From NCBI GenBank assembly GCA_002633005.1, contig NMRA01000110.1, positions 271,850 to 335,849 of the forward strand: a stretch of 64,000 bases of DNA. The letters run 5' to 3'. Within the stretch, counting starts at the first letter, position 1. Each line of letters begins with the position of its first letter. The DNA is from Phoronis australis (taxonomy: Eukaryota > Animalia > Phoronida). The notes under the pieces were generated by a model. The model worked only from the letters and a program-made list of their open reading frames with translations, did not search any database and was not told the origin of the DNA. Of this stretch, positions 1-11,800 are shown in pieces. A program made the position numbers and the translations under genes.

Positions 1-441
1 TTAACTATGGCTGAGATTGATGTCTAGAGTTGGAGACCTCTGTTGTGTGGAGTTGAAACTAAACAAGAGATATATGGTGAGAGAATGGTGATCCTCCATT
101 CTGGCTCTGCTTATACTAAAGTTTCAGTCTTCCCTTACTTCATTCATGTCTCCTGAAACTGATTTCTCTTTAGGGTAATCGATTCTGACTAGGCTAACAT
201 ACCTCCAGCATGGTAATAGTTAATTAACTCAATCAGTACAGAGGTATGATGTTACAACCTGAAGTTATGTGATACATGCTGTTCATTGGTCATTGATAGT
301 AGTGACCTCTGGTATTTATTGTTCTACACTACTTACATTTCTATCCAACCGTGATTTATGTTTGGCACTGATAGTTTTTGCAGTCATGTCTTCATTAAGA
401 TTTGACTTCAAAGTGTTGATGTGCTATGAGTCAAAGCAGTC

Positions 442-510
442 ATAAGTTAAACTGAGAGGCAGCACTGGAATAAGTTAAACTGTGAGGCAGTGCTGGGATA
501 AGTTAAACTA
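442..510. repeat. Short degenerate tandem repeat, about 29-bp unit starting taagttaaact
   Basis: Three taagttaaact starts about 29 bp apart. Confidence 0.7.
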
Positions 511-635
511 CTAAGTGCATGGTTCGTCAATGTTACTTTGGTGTCAAAAATGTTGAAACTTACTTTTGATAAATTTCTATTTGCATTTTAGTTATTATTC
601 AGCCCAAATTAAAGAACATTTATCAAATTTCCAAA

Positions 636-701
636 ATGCTTACGAATTTGCGCCCAACCTCCTTGTTCATCGGATCTATCCTGATAATGTGTCAGCCACT
701 A
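636..701 (+). CDS. Candidate first coding exon of CPED1 (MLTNLRPTSLFIGSILIMCQPL, hydrophobic)
   Basis: aaaATG at 636, open frame to a GTGAGT donor at 702 (phase 0), acceptor ttttag at 591. Hydrophobic stretch like a signal anchor. No homology proof. Confidence 0.25.
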
Positions 702-775
702 GTGAGTGACTGATTGGAACACTGTGATCTTCAGTTGTTCAAAATATTCCTTTGAACACCATCATTCCTTTATCT

Positions 776-1829
776 TTGCAATAACAGTGCTGTATCATTC
801 ACTCTCTTGCAATAACAGTGCTGTATCATTCACTCTCTTGCAATAACAGTGCTGTATCATTCACTCTCTTGCAATAACAGTGCTGTATCATTCACTCTCT
901 TGCAATAACAGTGCTGTATCATTCACTCTCTTGCAATAACAGTGCTGTATCATTCACTCTCTTGCAATAACAGTGCTGTATCATTCACTCTCTTGCAATA
1001 ACAGTGCTGTATCATTCACTCTCTTGCAATAACAGTGCTGTATCATTCACTCTCTTGCAATAACAGTGCTGTATCATTCACTCTCTTGCAATAACAGTGC
1101 TGTATCATTCACTCTCTTGCAATAACAGTGCTGTATCATTCACTCTCTTGCAATAACAGTGCTGTATCATTCACTCTCTTGCAATAACAGTGCTGTATCA
1201 TTCACTCTCTTGCAATAACAGTGCTGTATCATTCACTCTCTTGCAATAACAGTGCTGTATCATTCACTCTCTTGCAATAACAGTGCTGTATCATTCACTC
1301 TCTTGCAATAACAGTGCTGTATCATTCACTCTCTTGCAATAACAGTGCTGTATCATTCACTCTCTTGCAATAACAGTGCTGTATCATTCACTCTCTTGCA
1401 ATAACAGTGCTGTATCATTCACTCTCTTGCAATAACAGTGCTGTATCATTCACTCTCTTGCAATAACAGTGCTGTATCATTCACTCTCTTGCAATAACAG
1501 TGCTGTATCATTCACTCTCTTGCAATAACAGTGCTGTATCATTCACTCTCTTGCAATAACAGTGCTGTATCATTCACTCTCTTGCAATAACAGTGCTGTA
1601 TCATTCACTCTCTTGCAATAACAGTGCTGTATCATTCACTCTCTTGCAATAACAGTGCTGTATCATTCACTCTCTTGCAATAACAGTGCTGTATCATTCA
1701 CTCTCTTGCAATAACAGTGCTGTATCATTCACTCTCTTGCAATAACAGTGCTGTATCATTCACTCTCTTGCAATAACAGTGCTGTATCATTCACTCTCTT
1801 GCAATAACAGTGCTGTATCATTCACTCTT
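776..1829. repeat. 31-bp minisatellite (ctctcttgcaataacagtgctgtatcattca), about 34 near-perfect copies
   Basis: Read directly; 31-bp period, no spacers. Confidence 0.97.
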
Positions 1830-1955
1830 TCATCTGATGTGTTCCCACTCACGCCGCTTGATATGACTAACATGTCCACAAGCAAGGTACAATCACCATA
1901 ACATGGACAAATGGGACAGAAAGTCATTTCCAGTATTACTGCATTGCAATTTTAG

Positions 1956-2036
1956 GACAGTCTTTCACTTATCAATGTCATACCTTCACCAGTCTTCCAA
2001 ACAGGGAATAATTTGGAAGTAGGATTTCATGAGGAG
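1956..2036 (+). CDS. Candidate CPED1 exon (DSLSLINVIPSPVFQTGNNLEVGFHEE)
   Basis: ttttag acceptor and GAG|GTAGGC donor; phase 0-0, which would link 636-701 to 2758. Confidence 0.2.
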
Positions 2037-2074
2037 GTAGGCAGGTATGAATGTTCCGTACTTGAATAGAATGA

Positions 2075-2195
2075 TCATTGCTCAGGATACTTGCTCATTG
2101 CTCAGGATACTTGCTCATTACTCAGGATCCATGCTCAGTGCTCAGGATACCTGCTCATTGCTCAGGGTGCCTGCTCATATTGCTCAGGGTGCCTG
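2075..2195. repeat. About 20-bp degenerate tandem repeat (tgctcattgctcaggatac)
   Basis: About six imperfect copies visible. Confidence 0.8.
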
Positions 2196-2757
2196 AATGT
2201 AAATTTGATGGATAACCTTAGATACCCAAGGTCTGTACCAGACTTGAAATGTCCTTCAGGTGAATTATGGGTAACTGGCATGAACTTTGACCCTAGCTGT
2301 CACACTCAATGAATGAAGCATAGTGCACTTGAAGCAATAAAATAATGATACACTTGGAAGTTGACAAACAGTTGTTAGTTATAAAATGTCAGAATAACAA
2401 ATGAAGATGCCAGAAATGAGTAAAAAGTATTGTTTTGTTCATTAGAAAGTAAACCAACAACAAAAGTACAGCCAGAATCAGGCAACAAATTAACAGCTTC
2501 ATCAGAAAATTCCGAACCTCAGGCTCAATGAGCATTTAAATCTGAAAATCGAAGACATAATGGCTGCCACATCCGCCATCTTGAATCCCATTATGACGAA
2601 AAACAATTAGGCTTCCAGCTATTCCAGAGCTAAGAATGCGACCTGTAGGGTGTGAGAAAACAAAGTTAGTGTCAGAGCAACATGCTTGGTGACAAAATTT
2701 TGCCAAGTAATTATACCTCGTTACAGACACAGCGTAAACAAATTTTCTTTATTTCAG

Positions 2758-2896
2758 ATCGATTCCACTCTTGAGCAGATCACCAGCATCAAACAGCAGG
2801 TGGCAGCACTTGTTAGCGACAGGTCACAGCAAACTCCTGAATGGCTGTCATCTTCTTTGAAGAGGCGTGGTTTTCACTTACAAGATAACCCAAATG
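2758..2896 (+). CDS. CPED1: CPED1 exon (IDSTLEQ...LKRRGFHLQDNPN)
   Basis: ttttctttatttcag acceptor, G|GTATGG donor; phase 1 end fits the next exon. Confidence 0.7.
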
Positions 2897-5800
2897 GTAT
2901 GGCATTTCTATCAAGCTTATGGGAGGACAATATAGAAATGCCAAGTCTATGCTGCTGGTTGTCATGTGTACAGCTTGTGTAGTTGGGCTTTGTGTTTTGA
3001 ATTGTGTAGTTGTTATTTCTGGATACACAGTTACCCTGAATACTTGTCACTGGTGTGAGTAGTGATGTATCAAGGGTTAGACCTTGTCTTGATCCTGCAA
3101 GTGAGTGAGTGAGTGATTTACTGAGGGTTTCTTGGACAAATGCTGACTGCTGATGATACAGTGAAGGGGGGGGGGGCGTAGTGATTAGTGTAGGTTGAGG
3201 GGGTTGAAATGTTTTTTATTTGTTTTGTTATTTCTGTTTTATTTCTTGACTGTAACTAAAAACAGCTATAAACCAGCGTTCTGTCCAATCATCAAACTTT
3301 TTAGACCAATTTCCGTTACAAAATTTGTCTCGACTCGTTCCGTATTCAGGTTATAAATTATTTTTGGGTTTGCAAGGAACTAACACCTTATTATTTCTTA
3401 AGACCATGCTCGGCACATAAAATGTCACGTGACAAGCCAACTTGGAGAGTCTGATCTTGAGCAATAACAAAATGCCAATTTTTAAGTACTGCCATCTATA
3501 ATATGACTATGGAACAACATTTTAATATTAAGTGGGAGACGAATAATATTGTGAGGGAAGGCAGGTTTGTAGCTGCATTAAGTGCAGTTAGTTGTTAATG
3601 ATCGAAAACAGTAACAGAGATTGCCATTTTATAAAAAAGTGTGCTTAGCCTTTTTAATATTCAGTCTTAAAATGAAGTTATTTAAAAGACTGTAATTGTG
3701 ATCCGTTGTTTTACATTTTCTTTCTGAATTTTTGTTGACATGTTTTATGGAAACTAACCTCTACAGAACTGAAAATTATCTGATTTTTAATGCTAAAGGT
3801 TTTAGGTGAGGTGGATAGTGCCATTATTCAGTTCTGTTCCTTTTCAGAAGATTGGTCGTTACTCTGGTGTGGAGAGAATACAGGCTGCCCATCAACAGAA
3901 AACCTTCAAAGCTTAGACATTTCTAGTAAAGTGAATGTCATTCCATCACTGAATGATGCACTGGTTTCTAAGAAATCTTTGTGCGAAACATATCAGTCAG
4001 TGAAAAATATACCTTGTGAGTTTTTCATAATGTTAATCTGGGTTAAAATTAAGTGAATTTTATAACATTTAAAATCTTTTCAACCCTTTTACTGTTTTTT
4101 GTGACCACTTTTTGTGGAAACTGTTCAACTTCGTATTATTTACAATGACAAGTTTTCAGTGAAATCAAGTTACAGATCTCCATTTTAAGTTTAAGCTTTA
4201 GTTTGTATTTTAACATGAAGTGATATTACATTGATTTCGTATTTGTATTGTTCCTCAGAGTTCAGTTTTGTGGTTGACATAAAGTCCATAGTACCTACGC
4301 TCCCATGACGCATGTAACATTGTTGAACTAAATATTTCTTGTTCGATTCCATTAAGGTTTTTGTTACTAGAAAAAGCCTGTACCTCTGATTCAATCAATT
4401 TCATGGTCTTCTTAAAAGTGGGGACTCGTGCATAGTTCCTTCTGTCAAATTTGAACTCAAGGCTCTTCTGTGAATGGCAATAAGGAAACAAGTACCGGTA
4501 TTTTATTTGAATACGCAAAGCAACTGTTAGGACTACTTAGAAGATGTGTTCTTTTATTTGTAGCTTTCAAGCAGAGCCATCTTGTGTTGTCTTGCTTCAT
4601 CTTTCCCTCCCAATTTGAGGAGTTTGTGATGACATCATCAGCACTAGGTGGCACCACCACATGGGTGATCCATGCAGCTCAGAGTGGATCTCTTCCTCAA
4701 CTTATTCAACCATCCAGTATTAAAGATTTCACACGGCTGAAACAGTAAGATTCAAGTGGCTGATCTATTCAGTGATTTTACATGTTTCCTAGGAAACCAG
4801 TTAATATGTCCTATATACTGGATTTCCTCCAGTTTAGGTTGTTGGTCTGCAAGTATGCATCTTGTTAAATGTGATGGCGGCTGTCTTAGACTAATGTTTT
4901 CTGTCATGAATTTGTATTTTGAATATCAAGTCATGAAATTAGGTATTTGTGTTTAATTAAAAAAAAACAAATAGCTTTGTTTAATTCTTACTTTTGTCTT
5001 GTTGATTGAACCTCAATGTGTAATTTGACGGTGTTTGGTAAGTGTACTGATTGTCGATTTTTGTTGTACTGCAATCAGGCAGTAATCCCTCCAGATTCCC
5101 ACTTACATTTGTTGTTTCAGTCTGACTCCAGCAAAGTTCATAATAGACCCTTTTCAGAGGGCACTGTGCACTGAGATGCAGGCACAATGCTGCGAGGCTG
5201 TTGCTGGGCAATACTTCACCAACCTCACCTATTGGTTGTTTCAGGTACCAATACTGCGAGGCTGTTGCTTGGCAATACTTCACCAACCCCACCTATTGGT
5301 TGTTTCAGGTACCAAAACCGTGAGGCTGTTGCTTGGCAATACTTCACCAACCGCACCTATTGGTTGTTTCAGGTACCAAAACCGTGAGGCTGTTGCTTGG
5401 CAATACTTCTCCAACCCCGCCTTATTGTTTGGTTTGCCATTCAGTGTTCGACTCCTTGTGTTAGTGACGTCTTCATCACCGCTGCGTGTCTATATCCACT
5501 CACAGGGGGCAGTGCTGTATAGGCATGATTATCAACGCAATTTTCAAAAGGTAACTCATAGATTAAACCCATCGTTTTTTGTGTTACCGTAACATAAGAT
5601 GCAGATCCCAACAATCTTGGACAGTCCTATATCTATCTAAGTGCTTCTTGCCATGTGTTTGCTAGGTGAGATATGACAGAAAGTGACTTAAGCAACTCAC
5701 CAGAAGGACTTCATGATCTTGGTTTTAACATTCTCTTCTTCTGAGCAAACATATGTGGCTGACATATTGTGCTCAGTAGCCAGTCCAATATGGCTGACAT

Positions 5801-8800
5801 ATTGTGCACAGTAGCCAGTCCAATATGGCTGACATATTGTGCACAGTAGCCAGTCCAATATGGCTGACATAATGTGCTCAGTAGCCAGTCCAATATGGCT
5901 GACATAATGTGCTCAGTAGCCAGTCCAATATGGCTGACATAATGTGCTCAGTAGCCAGTCCAATATGGCTGACATAATGTGCTCAGTAGCCAGTCCAATA
6001 TGGCTGACATAATGTGCTCAGTAGCCAGTCCAATATGGCTGACATAATGTGCTCAGTAGCCAGTCCAATATGGCTGACATAATGTGCTCAGTAGCCAGTC
6101 CAATATGGCTGACATAATGTGCTCAGTAGCCAGTCCAATATGGCTGACATAATGTGCTCAGTAGCCAGTCCAATATGGCTGACATAATGTGCTCAGTAGC
6201 CAGTCCAATATGGCTGACATAATGTGCTCAGTAGCCAGTCCAATATGGCTGACATAATGTGCTCAGTAGCCAGTCCAATATGGCTGACATAATGTGCTCA
6301 GTAGCCAGTCCAATATGGCTGACATATTGTGCTCAGTAGCCAGTCCAATATGGCTGACATAATGTGCTCAGTAGCCAGTCCAATATGGCTGACATATTGT
6401 GCTCAGTAGCCAGTCCAATGTTGTTTTTGCTCAATGAAAAGACTTTCAAAATAATCAGGGATCTGTATTTGTAAGGAAGGTAACACCAAAGTCCTCGTTG
6501 CTTCCCCTTAAAAAAAATTGAAGGTGGGTCGATACCTGAAATGCGCAGAGAGATGCGCAGACAAAATGAGTCGGTCCTGTTGCCTCTTAAATCAACTTCA
6601 TATCACCAATTACAGTGCAAAGAAATCATTTTGCACTCTCAGTTTTTTCCTAGAGTGGACCATTTCTACTTTTGATATCTTAGTAGACTACTTTTGGTTA
6701 ATTTATGAACTGATTTTTATTCTGAGAAAGCAATGTTCGTGGAACCAGCTTTACTGTGTCCTTATTAGTTCATTTTGTGTGCATGACTTTCCCTCAGTTT
6801 GTCTTATTCCAGCTGGTAAAGTTTTGCATCAATAGGACAGTGGACACCTATAAGTACTCTCTGTTTTAATTTACAGGTGATCAACAGAGAGTGGTCATTG
6901 GGTCACTTCAGTCAGTATCTGCTCCATCACTATGGCCGACAGACACATGACAAGGCTCTAAGGAACTTGGACAGTGTTATTGTGCAGACATTGTTGGCAG
7001 CCGAGTTCAAACATCATCTCAACTCATCCAGGTTAATGAAGACCTTTGGAACTACATATTGTCTACTACGGTAAATATTCTCTCCAATTTGGGACTGTCT
7101 CTAGAACACTGATATTTCAGCAGAAATTGAATATTCTTTATTCTAGAGATTGGAACATGAGCGATTTTGGCATATTTTTCAAATTTCGGACGCAGCATTT
7201 TATATCAGTGGAATCTGAAAGTACACTTAGCAGTCAGAAAAAGCTGGCGAGTGGCGGCACAATGTATCTACACTATCTTTATGTTGTATGTCAGTTAGGA
7301 ACTCCTTCAGCCAACTGTGATTGCCCAGTTCTTGTCACCACGGTTACACTAATTTTCGGATTACAATCTTTTTGTTTTACCCGTCTTTCCTCTCTAGGTG
7401 TTTGTAGTCACACGACAATTTTCATTACCTATTAATTCTGAAATATCAATTTCAAAAGTAAAATGTTATAAAAAAGTTAGAATTGTCTTGGTATATAATT
7501 TATTTTTGTGTTTGTCTAGTTCAGAGTTTTATATGAGTGATATCAAACAATGTTGCCTCCTTAAATTGTGATCATGTTTGTGTCTGTTATTTGTGACTGT
7601 TCTCTTGGGCTTCACTCTCCATCTTTGTGTTTCAGGTGCAGTGCATGTTTCCAGTTGTTTGGTATTGAAGCAATATTCAACACATCTTTTCACCCTGTCA
7701 TCATAGATGTCACCAGAAATCCCTTGACTGCTTGGCATGATGTCATAGATTCGAGCCACATTTTTGATGATGTCATCAATATGATTTCTGGCTGGACTCT
7801 AGTGCCCTCTGGAGATGGCTTTGTACGTTCACTTAGAGAGATAGCTGTGGAGACTGGCTTTAACACACTTTGTGGTGAACAAAGGAAAACTACGTGTTTG
7901 AACAGTGAAGTTGATGTGTGGTACTTTCTTAACCAGATGCGTGAGGTCCAGCGTACTGCTGGTTTTAGACAAGTAAGTGCTGCATACTATTCTTCAATTA
8001 GAACTGTGTGCTGCTGGTGTCAGACAGTCACACCCATTGTGTGCTGCTGCGTCAGGGAGTCACACCCACTGTGTGCTGATGCTGTCAGGCAGTCAGACCC
8101 ACTGTGTGCTGATGGTGTCAGGCAGTCAGACCCACTGTGTGCTGATGGTGTCAGGCAGTCAGACCCACTGTGTGCTGATGGTGTCTGGTAGTCAGACCCA
8201 TTGATTGTGTCTATACTGTAATGATGTATGTATCTTGCAGTCAGACCTGTTGGTCTAGGGGATGCCCAGGGGGTATACGAGATGCCCAGGGTATGTAGGG
8301 AATGCCCAGGGGATGAAGGGGATGCCCAGGGAGTGTAGGTGGATGCCGGGGGGTGTAGAGGATGCCCAGGGGATATAGGAGATATCCAGTTGTGTAGGGG
8401 ATGTCCAGGGGGTGCAGGGGATGACCAGGGGATGTAGGGGTACTCTCCTAGAAGGCAAGTATGAAATGCTTGAAGTATATTGGTCAATATTTGGATAGCA
8501 CGTTTTCTTTTAGACAACTGTTTTATTTACAACCATCTTCCAGTGAACCTTTAATACAACTTTTTCTCAAGATCAAGATGATGCTTTTTGGAGGTCGAGT
8601 AGCAATCCATTAGATGGCAGTGTTTTCATTCTTAATTGACCTTGACCTTGGGATATTTTAATATATTTTAGTAGCGACGCTCATCGTTTTAGTTTTATTA
8701 GTTTTACTATTTTATAGTTTTATTCATCGGTAACTGCACGGCATTCCAACATCTATTTGACCTTGACATTGTCATTTCAGTTGTATCCCGCTCCTGACAT

Positions 8801-11800
8801 TCCACGTTATTCACATCTGATGAATGACTTGAATCGTCTGTCATTTCTCCGGGCTAGACGCTTAGCGCCTCCTATGGACACAGTTCGACTATATCCTGTC
8901 CTGGTTGCCATGGAAAAACATGCAAAAAGAAGTCAGGCAGCTGAAGAGTATGAAGATGAGAACTTACCAATGTACGCGTTTCATTAAACTGTGATTAAAT
9001 TTTATTCCTTCCCAGAATCCCCCAGTGCTACCATGAGATACGGACATGTGTGGATGAGTCATTACACGGACATTCTTTGTCGGGAGAGGACGTGTTTCTT
9101 CTCCCGCTAGTCTTTGCGTTAATTCTTGCGCTTTTATTCACTATTTTGCATAACTCTTTGCTAGTGAATGTTGGGATATAGGATGAAATGTGTCACATAA
9201 GTTTGCAATCTTTCTGCTGAAAATGGTGTTCGCTATTACATAGTTTATTTGTTATCACGTTTTGAGTATTTCAGAGCTTAGATGAAGTAATGTTATTGTT
9301 TTTTAGTTTTGTGTGGAAATTTACATCTGCATGATTTGTTTATGAAATTGTAGAAGTCTGTTTCTGTAAGTTGTGTATTTTGTTTGCCCTTGAATGACCT
9401 TGTTGCTATAGTACCACTTATTTCAGACCAAAAGAAGTTCAGCTCGATAATTTACCTCTGATTGAACGAGTTGTGTTTGAAGAACAGAACAACAAGTGTA
9501 AGTATTCAGTGGGATGTTAGTTAATTGTGTTTACTCACTGGTTTGACACAGTTCAGCTAGTTTGGTACAACTATTTTGGTATGAGTTCGGTACAACTGGT
9601 TCGGTACAACCGGTTCGGCACAACCGGTTCGGCACAACCGGTTCGGCGCAACCGGTTCGGCGCAACCGGTTCGGCGCGACCGGTTCGGCGCGACTAGTTC
9701 AGTACAACCAATTTAGTAAAACTGCCTCAAATTTTTTTTGTTGTCTCACACATACTGCAGCTTTTTCACACAATATATCCGTAACGGACTTTTATTTGTC
9801 ATTCACTTTTATTTCTCTGTCAAATGTCGTGTGCTCTGCTGTTAAAGTTGGGACTTTTCATAGAAATTGAAAAATCATTGTAAAAATTTTGGGAATAATT
9901 TGAGTCTTTAGTGTGGAAGTACAGAATATCTGTAACCTCTTATTTTCATCATGACTAGTGGCAAAAACTAGCAATATTTTGATTATAAATGCATTTCCCG
10001 CCAGCCAGTTGGGAATCCAGTCATTGTGGTACTTTTTGGTCTATCTACTGATACTTATGAAGTGGCAATTAGCAGTTAATTAGTTTAGTCATTACTAGAA
10101 TTGATGTTATGTTATTGTCTTCCTTGTTGCTTCTCACAGATGAGTCGAGTAAACCCAAGTGTAGCGAATCCCCTGAGACTGTCCCCTATCTGTCAGGGAT
10201 CCACTTCAAACCTGCTCTTGACTTGCTACCCCAGTTTTACCCAGCAACTCTGGAATATCACGTGACAGTTCCATATGAGATGGTCCTGGTCACTGTTTGG
10301 GCACACGCCATGAGTTGTAGCTGCGAAGCGAGACTTGAAGACAGATACGGCCTTTCAAGGTAGTGTAAATGTCTAGTTGTAATTGCAGTTTCAGTAATTG
10401 CAAGTTATTATTTAACAGCTGAAAATGTTAATTTATGTTGATGACAATCCTCTGGGAGGCTCTTAAAGTCACAAGAACTTGTACAAAGTTTGTCAGTTAC
10501 TGTCTGCAATGAAGTGTTGTTATTCATCTTGGGTATAGTTCTTAAGTTTTACGAGGAAACCTTATTGAGCATTCTGTGACGTTTGTAAGGCAAAGTGTTC
10601 GTTGTGATGTTTCACAGTGATTACTCGCTCCTCCAAACCTGCATGTGTCAGGCTCTGTCTGTTCTGACTGTTTTATGGTATGAGCTGAGCAGGGTACGAT
10701 TTTGGACTTCAGGTGTATGATATACCCTTTGGACTAAAAAAACGCGACCCATATATTTTTGGGTGTTCTGTCGAACTGAGGCTTCCAGAACTTTCACACC
10801 CCCTGCATAAGTGTAGCGACATGCAAATTTTGCCTGATCTCATTTGGGAACTTGATCTCACATTTTAAACATCAAGCATGCTTCTAATCATTTTTAAAAT
10901 ATCACGATGATCCATTGTAAGGATAAACAGCATGTTGTCTCATGATGTGCCAAGGCTGTATAACATCGTCCTCTAAGTGTCTTAAGGTTATGTAGACACC
11001 TATCAAAATGTTCAAATCTGACGAACTTCAGAAATGGTTGATCCAATTCATATGAAACTTTCTCTATATTGTATTTACTTGCTCCAGAACACTATTAGGA
11101 ATATTGTTTTTAAAATGTTCCACTTTCGCATGAGTGGCTATCAATACGATTGACGTAAAAAACACAAGAGTTACAATGTGGAAAACAACATGATACTTTA
11201 GTAAAATTGCGACAGCGTTTTTTAAATTTCACCTTGGAATATTCATATTAAATGGCTATGTTGTTGATACCATTTTTTGCAGTGAATGTAGTGCGATTTT
11301 TCATTTTCAAATTTCACTAAAACCAAGTGGTCACGTGACCCAATTGAGGACAAATTGATGTAAGGTTTAAAAATGCTTTCGACATGAAATATATATTTTT
11401 AATTAGTTAATTTGTATAGTTTTGTAAATATGTGGCTCATTACACATACTTGTGTATAACATCTTACATAACATCTTACATAACATCTTACATAACATCT
11501 TACATAACATCTTACATAACATCTTACATAACATCTTACATAACATCTTACATAACATCTTACATAACATCTTACATAACATCTTACATAACCTTGTTTA
11601 AATTGCAACAATAGCAAGTAGCAGCAAGACAAGTTATATCAGTCTACTTCAGGCAAATTCACCAATGCCGCATTAAATATCAGAATTCAATATTTACTTT
11701 GTGTGCGTTCTTACTTTCAGACCAACTAACTATACCCTGGGTATCGGTGAGAATCGCATTGATATCCTGGTGGTGGAGGTATCCCACTCAGACCCCTGGG

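Noticed and set aside
776-1829. 31-bp (and 35-, 33-, 40-, 41-bp) repeats as CRISPR arrays
   Set aside because: Units are head-to-tail with no unique spacers, there are no cas genes, and the context is eukaryotic.
9016-9180. Possible extra CPED1 exon after ttccttcccag
   Set aside because: There is no convincing in-phase donor, and the model closes without it.
11399-11632. Repetitive-peptide ORFs (VRCY/ITSY, also those at 14003-14454, 14902-15224, 15438-16062, 5711-5905 and 8020-8517)
   Set aside because: They are translations of intronic tandem repeats.
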